From NCBI GenBank assembly GCA_016748015.1, contig JAAOMT010000503.1:124001-188000 (forward strand): DNA of 64,000 nt, in the 5' to 3' direction. Positions 13,135-23,886 of this stretch are shown here, piece by piece; positions within the stretch are counted from its first letter, which is position 1; each line of letters opens with the position of its first letter. This DNA is from Geosiphon pyriformis uo1. Lineage: Eukaryota > Fungi > Glomeromycota. The translations under genes were made by a program, and so were the position numbers. The notes under the pieces are model-generated. The model ran no database searches, was not told where the DNA came from, and worked only from the letters and a program-made list of their open reading frames with translations.

Positions 13135-14444
13135 ACAGCTGAGACTAAGTACAAGAATTGTTTTTCAGTGATGGTTTTCCTCAAAACCACATTCGTAAAA
13201 AACTTGACATCAACATACGCTTTGGCTAAGCTGGGCTTGGACAAGTCATTAGTTGATAAAAAAATACCCAGGTATTTGTGAGACTCATATTTTCTTGCCA
13301 CTGAAATCCTAGAACCACTAATAGACAGAACAGCATCCCAGGCACCCTGATTAATAGGTATGGCAATTGTTTTTTCTGTGTTTATTAAAATGTCATTGAT
13401 AGCAAAAAACTCACTGGCTATGTTTAAAATATTCTGTATAGCTGTTAAACAGTTGCCAACCCAGATTGTGTTATCTACAAAAGCGCCAGCAGCAAAGAAA
13501 AAAGTCAGGTTACTCTTTGGATCAGGCTTGTCAGTCCTTGTGAAAAACTTAGAGCACATCCTATAACTATATAAATGTTCATGCTTCTTTACCTCGCAAA
13601 GAAGTGGATCATAAAATATCCTCCATAACAATAGTGAAAACACCTCTTCTTGATTAAAGCCATTATGAACAACATAATCATCAGTTAAGCCAAAATCTGT
13701 CATCACCCAATTGATCCTACCTTTGTGTATATTGCCAAAAAAGTTAATAAAGTGAGAACACATTTTGATCCTGACTAAGCTATTGAGTAAATGAGACTAC
13801 TTAACAGAATTGTAGGTCTTGTGCATATCCTGAAGAACAAACCAGAGAGATCTTGTTTGACAGAACCTTGGACAAAATTTTCTGAGCAGTTTCAATCAAT
13901 GCAATCGGATGGGTGTTGGTAAGAGTGCCCTCCCAATCATAAGGTTTAGGAATCATGGACACCCAGGACTTTTTCCACTGCACAAGAACTTTTTCGTATT
14001 TTAAACAACAATTAAAAATAAACAAAAGACCACTAAAAACCAACACATTACCATGTTTCTATAGCTCATTAGGAATGCCAGAAAGCCCAGCAGCTTTCCC
14101 ATCAGACAGGTTCTTTATAACACACATAAGCTTGTACATATTTATATTACCCATAACCTTCGAGAATGTAACCTTATTAACATAATCCAAAGGAATATAT
14201 TGTCCATGTCAATGATTGAGGAGAGCATCTGAAGCCAAATGCTTTCTTGTCCAACTCTCCATTATTGTGTCAATTAAAGACTTAACCACCTGTGGTTCAA
14301 GGATGAAGTTGTCATTAACAATTAAATGATCAAGAACCACTTTCTTAAATGGTCAATCCAAAATGCTCTTAATCATCCTTCTCTTATCTGAACAAAAATT
14401 TTCCATGCGTCTTTTAACAGCCTTTTTAATGAAATCATTCCTGG
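13135..14444 (-). pseudogene. LINE-1st copy ORF2 fragment: reverse transcriptase
   Basis: Contains GKAAGLSGIPNEL, MIPKPYDW..THPIALIE, GFNQEEVFS, AGAFVDNTIW and KYLGIF; colinear with 56097-57653. Confidence 0.93.
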
Positions 14445-15438
14445 TGTTACCAGTAAAATTTTAGCTATTAATTAGCATGAAATTACTCTTATAATTCCTA
14501 TAATTAATTACTATATTAATATTATTTCAAATTATCATTTATTATTTAATCAATTATCACATATTATGATTCAATTAAAATAATCTAATTAGTATAACAG
14601 AAAGTAGGATGATCAAATTACACAATACTCTGAACTTTGTAATATTCTAAAATTCGCCAAAATTTATAAGAAATTCACCAAAATTTACAGAAATTCGCCG
14701 AAATTATGAATAGTTCACCCAAATTAATCAATAGTTCAGTGAAATAACTTGTAGTTCATCAAAATGTATCTTTAGTTCACCAAAATTTGAGCAAAGAGAA
14801 AAAGTGCAAGTTTATAGACTAGTACTACAACAAGTTATATAAAAAAAGAGCTTTTCTCTTCAAGAAAATGTATCTTACTTTAAATTTATTACTTAGAATC
14901 ATTCCTACACACACAAAAAGAAATAAAATATCAAATAATTCGAAAAACCAATTTCTTTAAATATTGTACTTAGAAAATCTCCAAAAACCCAACTAACATT
15001 TTGAAATTGATTAGCTACCAATTTCAGTAAACTGTTAGTGACTCCAGGCCTGGATAGAAAACGTTTCTCTTAACAGAATTCTATTTCTTTTACATTTCTT
15101 TTATTTTTTTTCTTTTTTTTTATTATAATCATTAGAGTAGTCTACAGACAAGATTTCTGTAAAAGAGTTGACTTTCACAGCAAAGTAACTACACATTTTT
15201 AGTGAGCTTCCAGACAAGCAATTCCTGGGAAAGAGTTGACATTTACTACAACATAACTACATAAAGCAACTGGCACAGAATTGGCCATTCCACTTATAAG
15301 CCCAGCAGTTCAAATTATAGAAGATAATTTGAAGATAAATTCAGTTATTGGAGGTTCAACTACTTTTAGAAAATGTGAATTTGCAACCAACAGACATTTA
15401 AAATATTCAAGAAAAGAAACCAAAAACCTCTGGTAACA
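14445..15438 (+). repeat. 5' LTR of B (994 bp)
   Basis: Ends tgttacc...ggtaaca; candidate TATA (tatataaaa) at ~14836. Confidence 0.95.
14649..14788 (+). repeat. U3 tandem array of TTCGCCGAAAT-like units (~20-21 bp period) in B/C/F LTRs
   Basis: aattcgccaaaat, aattcaccaaaat, aattcgccgaaat, agttcacccaaat and so on; 7 units here, 8 at 33508-33666. Confidence 0.88.
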
Positions 15439-15440
15439 TT

Positions 15441-15456
15441 TGGTGCTCTCTTATGG
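15441..15456 (+). promoter_or_regulatory. PBS of B
   Basis: TT, then TGGTGCTCTCTTATGG directly after the LTR. Confidence 0.85.
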
Positions 15457-15483
15457 AAATGACACAGCAAAAACAACTTCAAA

Positions 15484-18400
15484 ATAGTGACCACACCAGA
15501 CGCAACAACTCTAGAGTATTACCAGTCAATTTACACCCACTGCAAGTAAAGATTCAACATCTCAGATGGAATTGAAGTTATCAAGAAATCAGTATACCAA
15601 TACATTGAAAACCGCATTAACAATTATCTTTTTAGAAATTACAACATCTCAAAAGTTAGAAGCAATCTTTACAATAATTTCATTATTCACAGTTGGAAAC
15701 TGAAGATCTTAACAGTGAAACACTTGCCACTTACTTTCAAGAACTTAATTTTAACATTATCCAATACTGTGAAGAAACATATCCAGTACAGTCTTAATAC
15801 TCTATTGATTTTGAATTAAAGACAGAAACAAGCAACAAAGACAAACAAAAACTGAAGCAATACTCAAAAACCACCCCAAATACTCCAATACTACCAAAAA
15901 CAACTGCCAAACACTTGCAAACACTTGAACAAAGAACCAGTGTCAAATTATCACTTTCTATTACACTATTTCCAATTTCATTTGTTCAACCACAAACATT
16001 AAGTTCACTACTTAAATGTTTCTCCAGACCAGAAGATTATTAGCCACCTAAAAATCCCACTCAACAGCAGGAACCAATATCAACAAGTGCCAATATCATT
16101 GATTACTTACAAGAAAACGAAAATAATCATTTAGAGAGTCTGGAACGTGAAGAAACTGAATCAAAACAAGAAGAAACTACAGAAAATGAAGAAGAAATGG
16201 TAACTGCTTACATTGCAAAAATTCCGGAATTTACTGGTAAAGATAATGATACCAGTTCTTAAGAATGGCTTGACAAAGTTCAAAAAGCAGGAGATGCAAA
16301 TGGTTGAATTGCAGCAAGAATGCTCAAAGTGATCCCATATTTTCTCCAAAGAACTGCAGGAGAATGGTTTGAAAACTTAGAAAAACTATTTGAAAACTGG
16401 CAAGCATTTAAAGATGCTTTTTTACAACAATTCACTAACAATAACATCTCTATTACTCTCCGCAATCGCTTTCACAATATCAAACAAGAAACATCTGAAA
16501 CTGTTATGACTTATCTTGGAAGATTCAACAAACTTCTTCAACAGATTCGACAATTGGAGACCAATGATTATTATTCTGATGCTCAGATTCTGGACCAGTT
16601 TATAGCAGAGTTAAAAGACAAACTGATTAAAAAAGTCCACCCACATGCTCCAGCAGACTTAGCAACTGCTATCAGACATGCAAAGAACTATGAAATGGCT
16701 ATGGAAGAAGCAAACCACACCAAACTCGTCAACCTAGCTATTGGAGAAACCAGTTCAGCAGCTGAAGAGAAAATAGACCAACTCACAAAAAAGATTGAAA
16801 GCTACTTCACAAACCAACAACAACAGCAACAACAATTACAAAAATATCAACCCCTACAACAACACAACCAAAACAACTTTAGATCACCCTCCAACAACCA
16901 ATCTCAAAATTGTCATTATTGTAGAATTTTAGGACACTGAAAATGAGATTGTAAGAAATTACAAAGAGACCAACAAAATAAGAGTAATCAATGTTACTCT
17001 TCACCACAACAATTTTATTACCAATCTCTACCACCAATCTATTATTCACCAAGACCACAAAATCAAAACAGTTACTATTCATCAGCTCCACAACCAATGC
17101 AGCAACAATATCAGCAACCTTTACCAATCCAGCAATATCAAACACAATCCTCTCAACAATATCAAATACCAGCCAGAAGATTGGTTTAACATAACCAATT
17201 CACACCTCAAAATCAATTTTAGAATAATACCAATAGGATCAATCCAAATAACCAATTAATTCCCTGAAATTCTGGTCAGCAAAGACCCAATCACTATCAC
17301 ACTCAACCCAGTTATCTTACAATACCAGAAGAATCGGATTTTCAACAAACTGCACTTTCTGAAGATGAAGTTGCAGCACCAAAATCAAACCCTTCTAACC
17401 ATACCATTCTACCAGCTCAAATTGCCCAAAATGCCAATTTGTTAGATATATTTCCATTTGAATTTAAAGCAAATGAATTACCATTTCTGCTTAGTAATGC
17501 AGTAGTCAATGAACAGAAAGCAATTACTGCTATGTACACAGAAGCTACAGTGGAAGAAAAACCCATTTGCTTAATCTTAAATAGTAAATCGACTGGAAGT
17601 ATCATTACTTACCAGCTGATGCAACAACTCAAACGAAACGTAGACAGACAAGCTCAAACAGTTATTGTCACAGCTGATGGTATAAAAAAGATTCCAGTAG
17701 AAAAAATTGATGATTTCTCCTTTTCAATTAATGGAATTACTATTCCAGTTAAAGTTTTTGTTATGGATGCACCCTAATATCAAGCTCTAGTCAAAAATGA
17801 TTGGCTTCTCAAGACCAATGCAAACCTGAACTGGGAAACTCAAGAACTTAAAATCTCATACCAAAGACAATATATCATAGTACCTACAACCTGTGGTACC
17901 TTTAACAAATACAAAGATTGCAACAAAAAACTTTCATCAATGGGAGCATGTATTTTTCCAGAAGAGGAATATGAAACTTGTACTTGTTACTTTTGTAAAG
18001 CATGTCATAGAAAACGATTTGGATCTCCAAAAAAAAGTGGAAAATAGGACAACACATCTTGCCTTACATGTGGAGAAATGCTACCAAAAGAATGCAATTG
18101 GATTGATGTAGCAATGAAAGAAGGAGTATGTGATCAAACCTATCAATATGCTCTATCAATTTCGGAAAAAGTCAGAAGAGAAACACCATTTGATGCAGCA
18201 TACAACAGTGCTCTCAATAAACTTTACCACTACTCTTATAATGCTGAAATGATTTTTGACCTAGCAATGGCATTGATCAATAGAGCCACCCAAGAAGATG
18301 TCTGCCAAATAAAAGAAGCTGAATATATTGAGTATACAATAGAATTAGCTGAATTTGATTATGAAGATGAAGTAGAAACCTACCACCAAATTGCAAGCCA

Positions 18401-20905
18401 CACATATCCGACCAAAGAAGCTCAAATTCAACAATTAAAGCAAATAAACATTCAATTGTGTGAAGAATGTGTTATGCCTTGTGATGACCAATGGTGTTTA
18501 GAATGTTATGCTTTTAGCATTCCTCTGCCAGATGAGAATGATGAAAATAAAATCGAATTTGGAGTATTTGAACTAGTAGAAGAACTACCAACCACTCTCA
18601 TTTATCTTCTTGAAAAGCAACCACCTCTACAACTTAAATATTTTGACAACCATGGCCAAGGAATCAGACCAGAAAAAGCACACGAAATTGATGCTGGATA
18701 TAACCTAAGATACCCAAAAAAAGATACTTTGGTTCTTCAACCAAAGTCCTTGACAAAAATCAATCTCAAAATTGCTTTTGAAATTCTACCAGGAGCAATA
18801 GTTCAAATTGCCTCCAGATCATCATTGTCAAGCAAAGGAATCAATATTAGAGGAGGAGTTATAGATGCAGAATACACTGGAGACATTACCATCATGTTAC
18901 AGAATGAGATGAACAAACCATTCAAAATTGAACATGCTGAAAAAATTGCTCAAGCAATTTACTTACTCTTAATCAACATTTCGAGATTACAATCAGTAAA
19001 CAACAGAGAACAATTGGAAAAAAGTGAAAGAGAAACTCAAGGTTTTGGTTCAACTAGACGATTTATAGTTCCAGTAAACATAGCTCTTAATACACAAAAT
19101 GAATCTCACCAGATTCTTCAACTTCTCCAGCCAATTACCATTTTACCTTTTGGAGAACATCACGAAATTTACACTTGCTCAAAACCCACCACTATATCAC
19201 AAATCTTTGAATCCAATAAACAAATTTGTTTAAAGCATAAAATCTCAATTCCAAACATTTATATTCCCAAATAAATGAAAAAATTTTAAGTTATATTCTA
19301 CAACCCCAATAATTACCCTATTGTCTTATTAAACAAACTAGAGATTGGAATCATACACAGCAATATTTTTCAAGATGAAAACCCTCAAATTGTTTCTAAT
19401 TTCATCGAAATTGTAAGGCACACCCTACTCTCAAATCCAAATATTATTCTCACTACTGAAAACTACTACTTTTTGGAAAAAAAACTCTCTCAAATCAACA
19501 TGGGTCCTTTAAAACTTCAACAAAAAAGACAATTGAAACAATTGATAGCTGAATTTGCAAATATATTTGCAAAAGACAACAATGACTTGGGAAAAATGAA
19601 CATTGTTCAACATCAGATCCATACAGGAGATGTTTTACCAAAATGTCAACAAGCTTATCGAGTGCCACCTGCCAGCCACCAATTCATCAGAAAAGAGGTC
19701 CAAAGAATGCTCAATAACAGATTGATTCAACCATCAAGAAGTTCTTGGGCCTCATCAGTAGTTTTAGTTAAAAAGAAAAACGGAAAAATCAGATTTTGTG
19801 TTAATTATAGACAACTGAATAGTGTTACAATTGAAGATGCCTACTCTCTTCCAAGAATTGATGACATGCTAGATGCTCTAGGAAAAGCCAAGTTTTTCTC
19901 AACTTTAGACTTGGAAAGTGGATACTGGCAAGTCAAAATGGACCCAAAAAACCGACCCAAAACAGCATTTACCACCCAGAGAGAAAACTATGAGTTTAAT
20001 GTTATGCCTTTTGAACTCTGCAATGCACTAGCAACATTTCAGCAACTCATAGATGTTGTATATAAAGGACTCTTGTGGCAATTAGTAGTTGTCTATTTTG
20101 ATAACACTAATATATACTCATCAAGCTTTAAGACTCATTTTATTTACTTGCGAGAAGTTTTTTAACGATTACGGAAAGCAGGATTAAAGTTAAACATTGA
20201 GAAATGTCATTTTGGAAAAACAAGCTTGATTTTTTTTGGACACATAGTTAGTAAAGATGGAGTCAAACCAAATCCAGGAACAATTAGTGCTGTTAAAAAC
20301 TTTCAAACCCCCAAAAATACTACAGAACTAAGAGGATTTGTAGAATTAGCCTCTTACTATTGAAAATTCATAAAAAAATTTTCAGAAATTGCTAAACTAC
20401 TCAATTATCTTATCAACAAAAATGTACCATACAAATGGACTGAAGAACAACAAAAAGCTTTTGAAACTTTCAAAACAAAATTGACAACAGCTTCAGTTCT
20501 TGCTTACCCAGACTTTAACAAACGATTCTAATTAGCCACTGATGCTTTACACATAGCATTTGGTGCCATTTTATCACAATTGGATGAAAATGGCCAGAAA
20601 CAAGTTATTGCCTATGCCAGCAAAACATTCAAGCCAACAGAACTCAAATATGGCTCAACTGAATTGGAAGCTGCTGCAGTCATCTGGGCTCTCAAACACT
20701 TTCAACAATACCTGAAGAATGGAAAAAAATTTGACATAATAACTGACAATATTGGCCTCAAATGGCTTAATAAAAGAAAACTGAACAAAGTGCCAAACAG
20801 TCTCAATAGAATGACTTCCTAGCAGACTACAGATACATTGTACATCACAAACCAGGAAACCTACACACCAATGTTGATAGTCTCTCAAGAATGAGACAAT
20901 ATTAA
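15484..20905 (+). pseudogene. gag-pol of B (capsid through RNase H in one frame, premature stops)
   Basis: ORFs at 16320, 17439, 18078, 19473 and 20580 are all in the same frame. Motifs: CHYCRILGH (knuckle), LILNSKS (decayed DSGS), DAGYNL/ASRSSL/GGVIDAEYTG/KIAQ/QGFGST (dUTPase ~18630-19060), LDLESGYWQ/YFDN (RT), VIAYAS..ITDN..VDSLSR (RNase H), then TAA at 20903-20905. Confidence 0.93.
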
Positions 20906-20908
20906 TAC

Positions 20909-21887
20909 TGTTACTGGAGGTTTTTGGTCTCTTTTCTTAAATGTTGTTGATGCTTGTTTGCTGTGAATTCACGTTTTCTGGATGTGGTTGAACCTCCAGT
21001 AACTGAATTTATCTTCAAATTATCTCCTATAATTTGAACTGCTGGGCTTATAAGTGGAATGGCCAATTTCTTGCCAGTTGCTTTATGTAGTTACATTGTA
21101 GTAAACATCAACTCTTTCCCAGGAATTGCTCGTCTGGAAGCTCACTAAAAATGTGTAGTTACTTTACTGTGAAAGTCAACTCTTCTACAGGGATCTCGTC
21201 TGTAGGCTACCCTAATGGTTGTAATAAGAAAAGAAAAGAAAATAAAAGAAATGTAAAAGAAATAGAATTCTGTCAAGGGAAACGTTTTCTATTCAGGCCT
21301 GGAGTCACTAACAGTTTACTGAAATTGGTAGCTAATCAATTTCGAAATGTTAGTTGGGTTTTGAAGATTTTCCAAGTACAATAATTAAAGAATTTGGTTT
21401 TTCAAATTATTTGATATTTATTTCTTTTTGTGTGTAGAGGGATGGTTTTTAAGAGATAAATCTAAGATAAGATACATTTTCTCAAAGAGAGGAGCTCTTC
21501 TTTTATACAACTTGTCGTAACACTATTCTATGAACTTGAACTTTGCTATTTTCTAAAATTTCACTGAACTAAAGATACATTTCGGCAAATTACAAGTTAT
21601 TTTGGCAAACTATTAGATATTTCGGTGAACTATCAATTATTTCGGCAAATTTCTACAAATTTTGGTGAACTTCTGAATGTTGCATAGTTCGGGGTATTGC
21701 ATGATTGATTATCGCAATTAAGTTACATTTGTGTTGTGTACAATTTGGGTTATTAATTAAATGATAATTTCAGACATTTTTGCTAATGTAATAAGTGATC
21801 ATTTGAAATGATAATATATGCTAATTAATGATAGGAATTATAAGATAATTTCATGCTAAATAATATCTCTAATTTTGTCTGGTAACA
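20909..21887 (-). repeat. 3' LTR of C
   Basis: Ends tgttac...ggtaaca; followed on + by taatctcctcctc (PPT GAGGAGGAGATTA, 21888-21900). Confidence 0.95.
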
Positions 21888-21889
21888 TA

Positions 21890-22440
21890 ATCTCCTCCTC
21901 AAGACTGAGCTCCATCGAAGTCCAAGTACTGTCTGTTATTTCCAGATAATAATCCAAAATTATTGAAGAAATTTGGTCTGAAAATTGTTGAAATTTCAGT
22001 TCTGTGAGCTTTCCAATGTATTAAATCTTCAAAGGTTGAAAAATTGGGTTTTGTAGTACGTTTTCACAGGTGTGGAATAGGTCATAAAGTCTAAGAGCAG
22101 CTCTAAGCCTGTAGCGACTGTTTGTTGATCCAGTTGTTGTTTTGAATTCGTTGTGGAGTTGTTTCTGAATAGCCTCTTTTGTAATATTTGCTGTTGTAAG
22201 TTCCAGTTTCCATTCGTAGAATGTTTTTCCTATGTGAAAATATCTATAGATTGGAGGATATTTAGTGTTTTCCTCATTGAGACACAGTTAAAGTTTTTGT
22301 TGAATTGTAGCATTTGGTAGAATACTAATTGGAGTGGGCATTAGATTTTCTTTTAAAGCAAGCTTTAAAAGTTCTGGGAGGTGAATTCCAGTATAACTTC
22401 TTGTGTTTTTTTTTTTTTTTTTTTTGTTTTTTGAGATTGT
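21890..22440 (-). pseudogene. ORF3 of C
   Basis: Manual translation TRSYTGIHLPELLKLALKENL...IYRYFHIGKTFYE...RLRAALRLYDLFHTCENVLQNP...YIGKLTELKFQQFSDQI matches 32616-33323; it has two premature stops. Confidence 0.8.
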
Positions 22441-22475
22441 TTCTAAATTATAAGAAAATAACTAGTAAAATTAAA

Positions 22476-23861
22476 TTAAGTGTTCAGGTTGGAAGGTTGT
22501 TCAATGACAATTATTGGTTCTAAGTTTCAGAGAATGTCTTCAGGATTGACCAAAGGGGAATGTGTACCGATTTGTGGAATTAATGGTTCAGGATTGTTTC
22601 TGAAATGATAGTGTTTCAAACAATTTCCATGTGCAACTTTTGCTAGGATTTTGTTATTAAGTCTTAGCTTGTATGATCCACTGCCTAAGACTTCATGGAT
22701 AAAGAATGGTCCATCCCATTTATTTTCAAATTTTCCACTCCATTGTTTTTCAGCTTTAGTTCTGTGTAAGAGAACTTTGTTTCCAATTTTGAATTTATTG
22801 GTGACTGAAGGCAATTTGTTATCATGCCATTCTTTTTGTTAAGCTTGGGAGTGTTCAATATGGGTGGCTGCTATTCATTGTTTTCCTTCCAATGTGCTAA
22901 GCAGAGTGTAGGCTCTTCGCTGAAGCATTTCTTGGAAATTGTTTTTATTGATCAGTTGTGCTGGGTATGTTTCCACTGTGAAACTAATTGGTAACATTGC
23001 CGTTCTTCCGTAAGTTAAATCAAATGGTGTGTGTTTTGTGGTATCTTGTTTTAATGTCCTATATGCTAGTAACACTGATGGGATAAAGAGATCCCATTCT
23101 TGCTCAAAATCAGTTAAGACTTTGGCTAATAACTTACACAATGTTCTGTTAAACTGTTCCACAAGTCCATTTGTTTGTGGATGGTAGGGTGAAGACAGAG
23201 GTCTTTTGACATTGAATTGTTCACAAATTTTTTGTATCAGGTTGTTCACAAAGTGTGTTCCCTGATCAGATAAAAGTTCAATTGAACATCTATGTCTACA
23301 AATGATGTCTTCGTAAATGAAATTTGCTACTGATTTTGCATCTGCTCGTTGAATGGCTCTGGCTTCAGGCCATTTAGTAAGATAGTCTACAGCTACTGCA
23401 ATATAACGGTTTCCTTGAGTGGTAATAGATAGTGGTCCAACTAAATTGATACCAACTCTGTCAAAAGGCTGTCCAACTTTGATTGGATTTAAAAGTTCTG
23501 TAGGGCGAGTTCCTTCTCTTCTTTGACAAATATCACAAGATTCGACATATTCGTGAATGTCTTTTCTCATTCGAGGCCAAAAGTAGTATTCTATTGTTCT
23601 TTGGGTGGTGCTATCTTTTCTGAAGTGTGCTGATGAAGGATCTGAGTGCATATTGTATAAAATGGTCTCTTTTTCCTGTTCTTGTATTAATTTGAGTGGT
23701 TTGGTTGGGTTTTTGAGATTTCGATGATAGATAATGTTGTTGTGTAGAAAATATTGTTTGGCTTGTTGTTGTAACCAATGTTTTTCATCTGGGGACCAAT
23801 CTGTTGGGATTGTTAATGTCTTCAAATATTGTTTGAGATTGTTGTAGTTTTCGGGGTTCAT
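22476..23861 (-). pseudogene. Integrase of C, own ATG
   Basis: Starts MNPENYNN; H..H/CDIC, GINLVGP, LSDQGTHF, PYHPQTNGLVE and WDGPF present; few stops. Confidence 0.94.
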
Positions 23862-23886
23862 TGTTTGTTGTTTTGATGCTGTTAAT

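Noticed and set aside
17900-17915. In-frame ~210-nt deletion in B relative to C as a possible intron
   Set aside because: No GT..AG ends in C; the junction has short A microhomology, consistent with an ordinary deletion.
22476-22814. Chromodomain at the integrase C-terminus (chromovirus)
   Set aside because: After GPY/F there is only a short P/I-rich tail; no Y.VKW.G or TWE motif.
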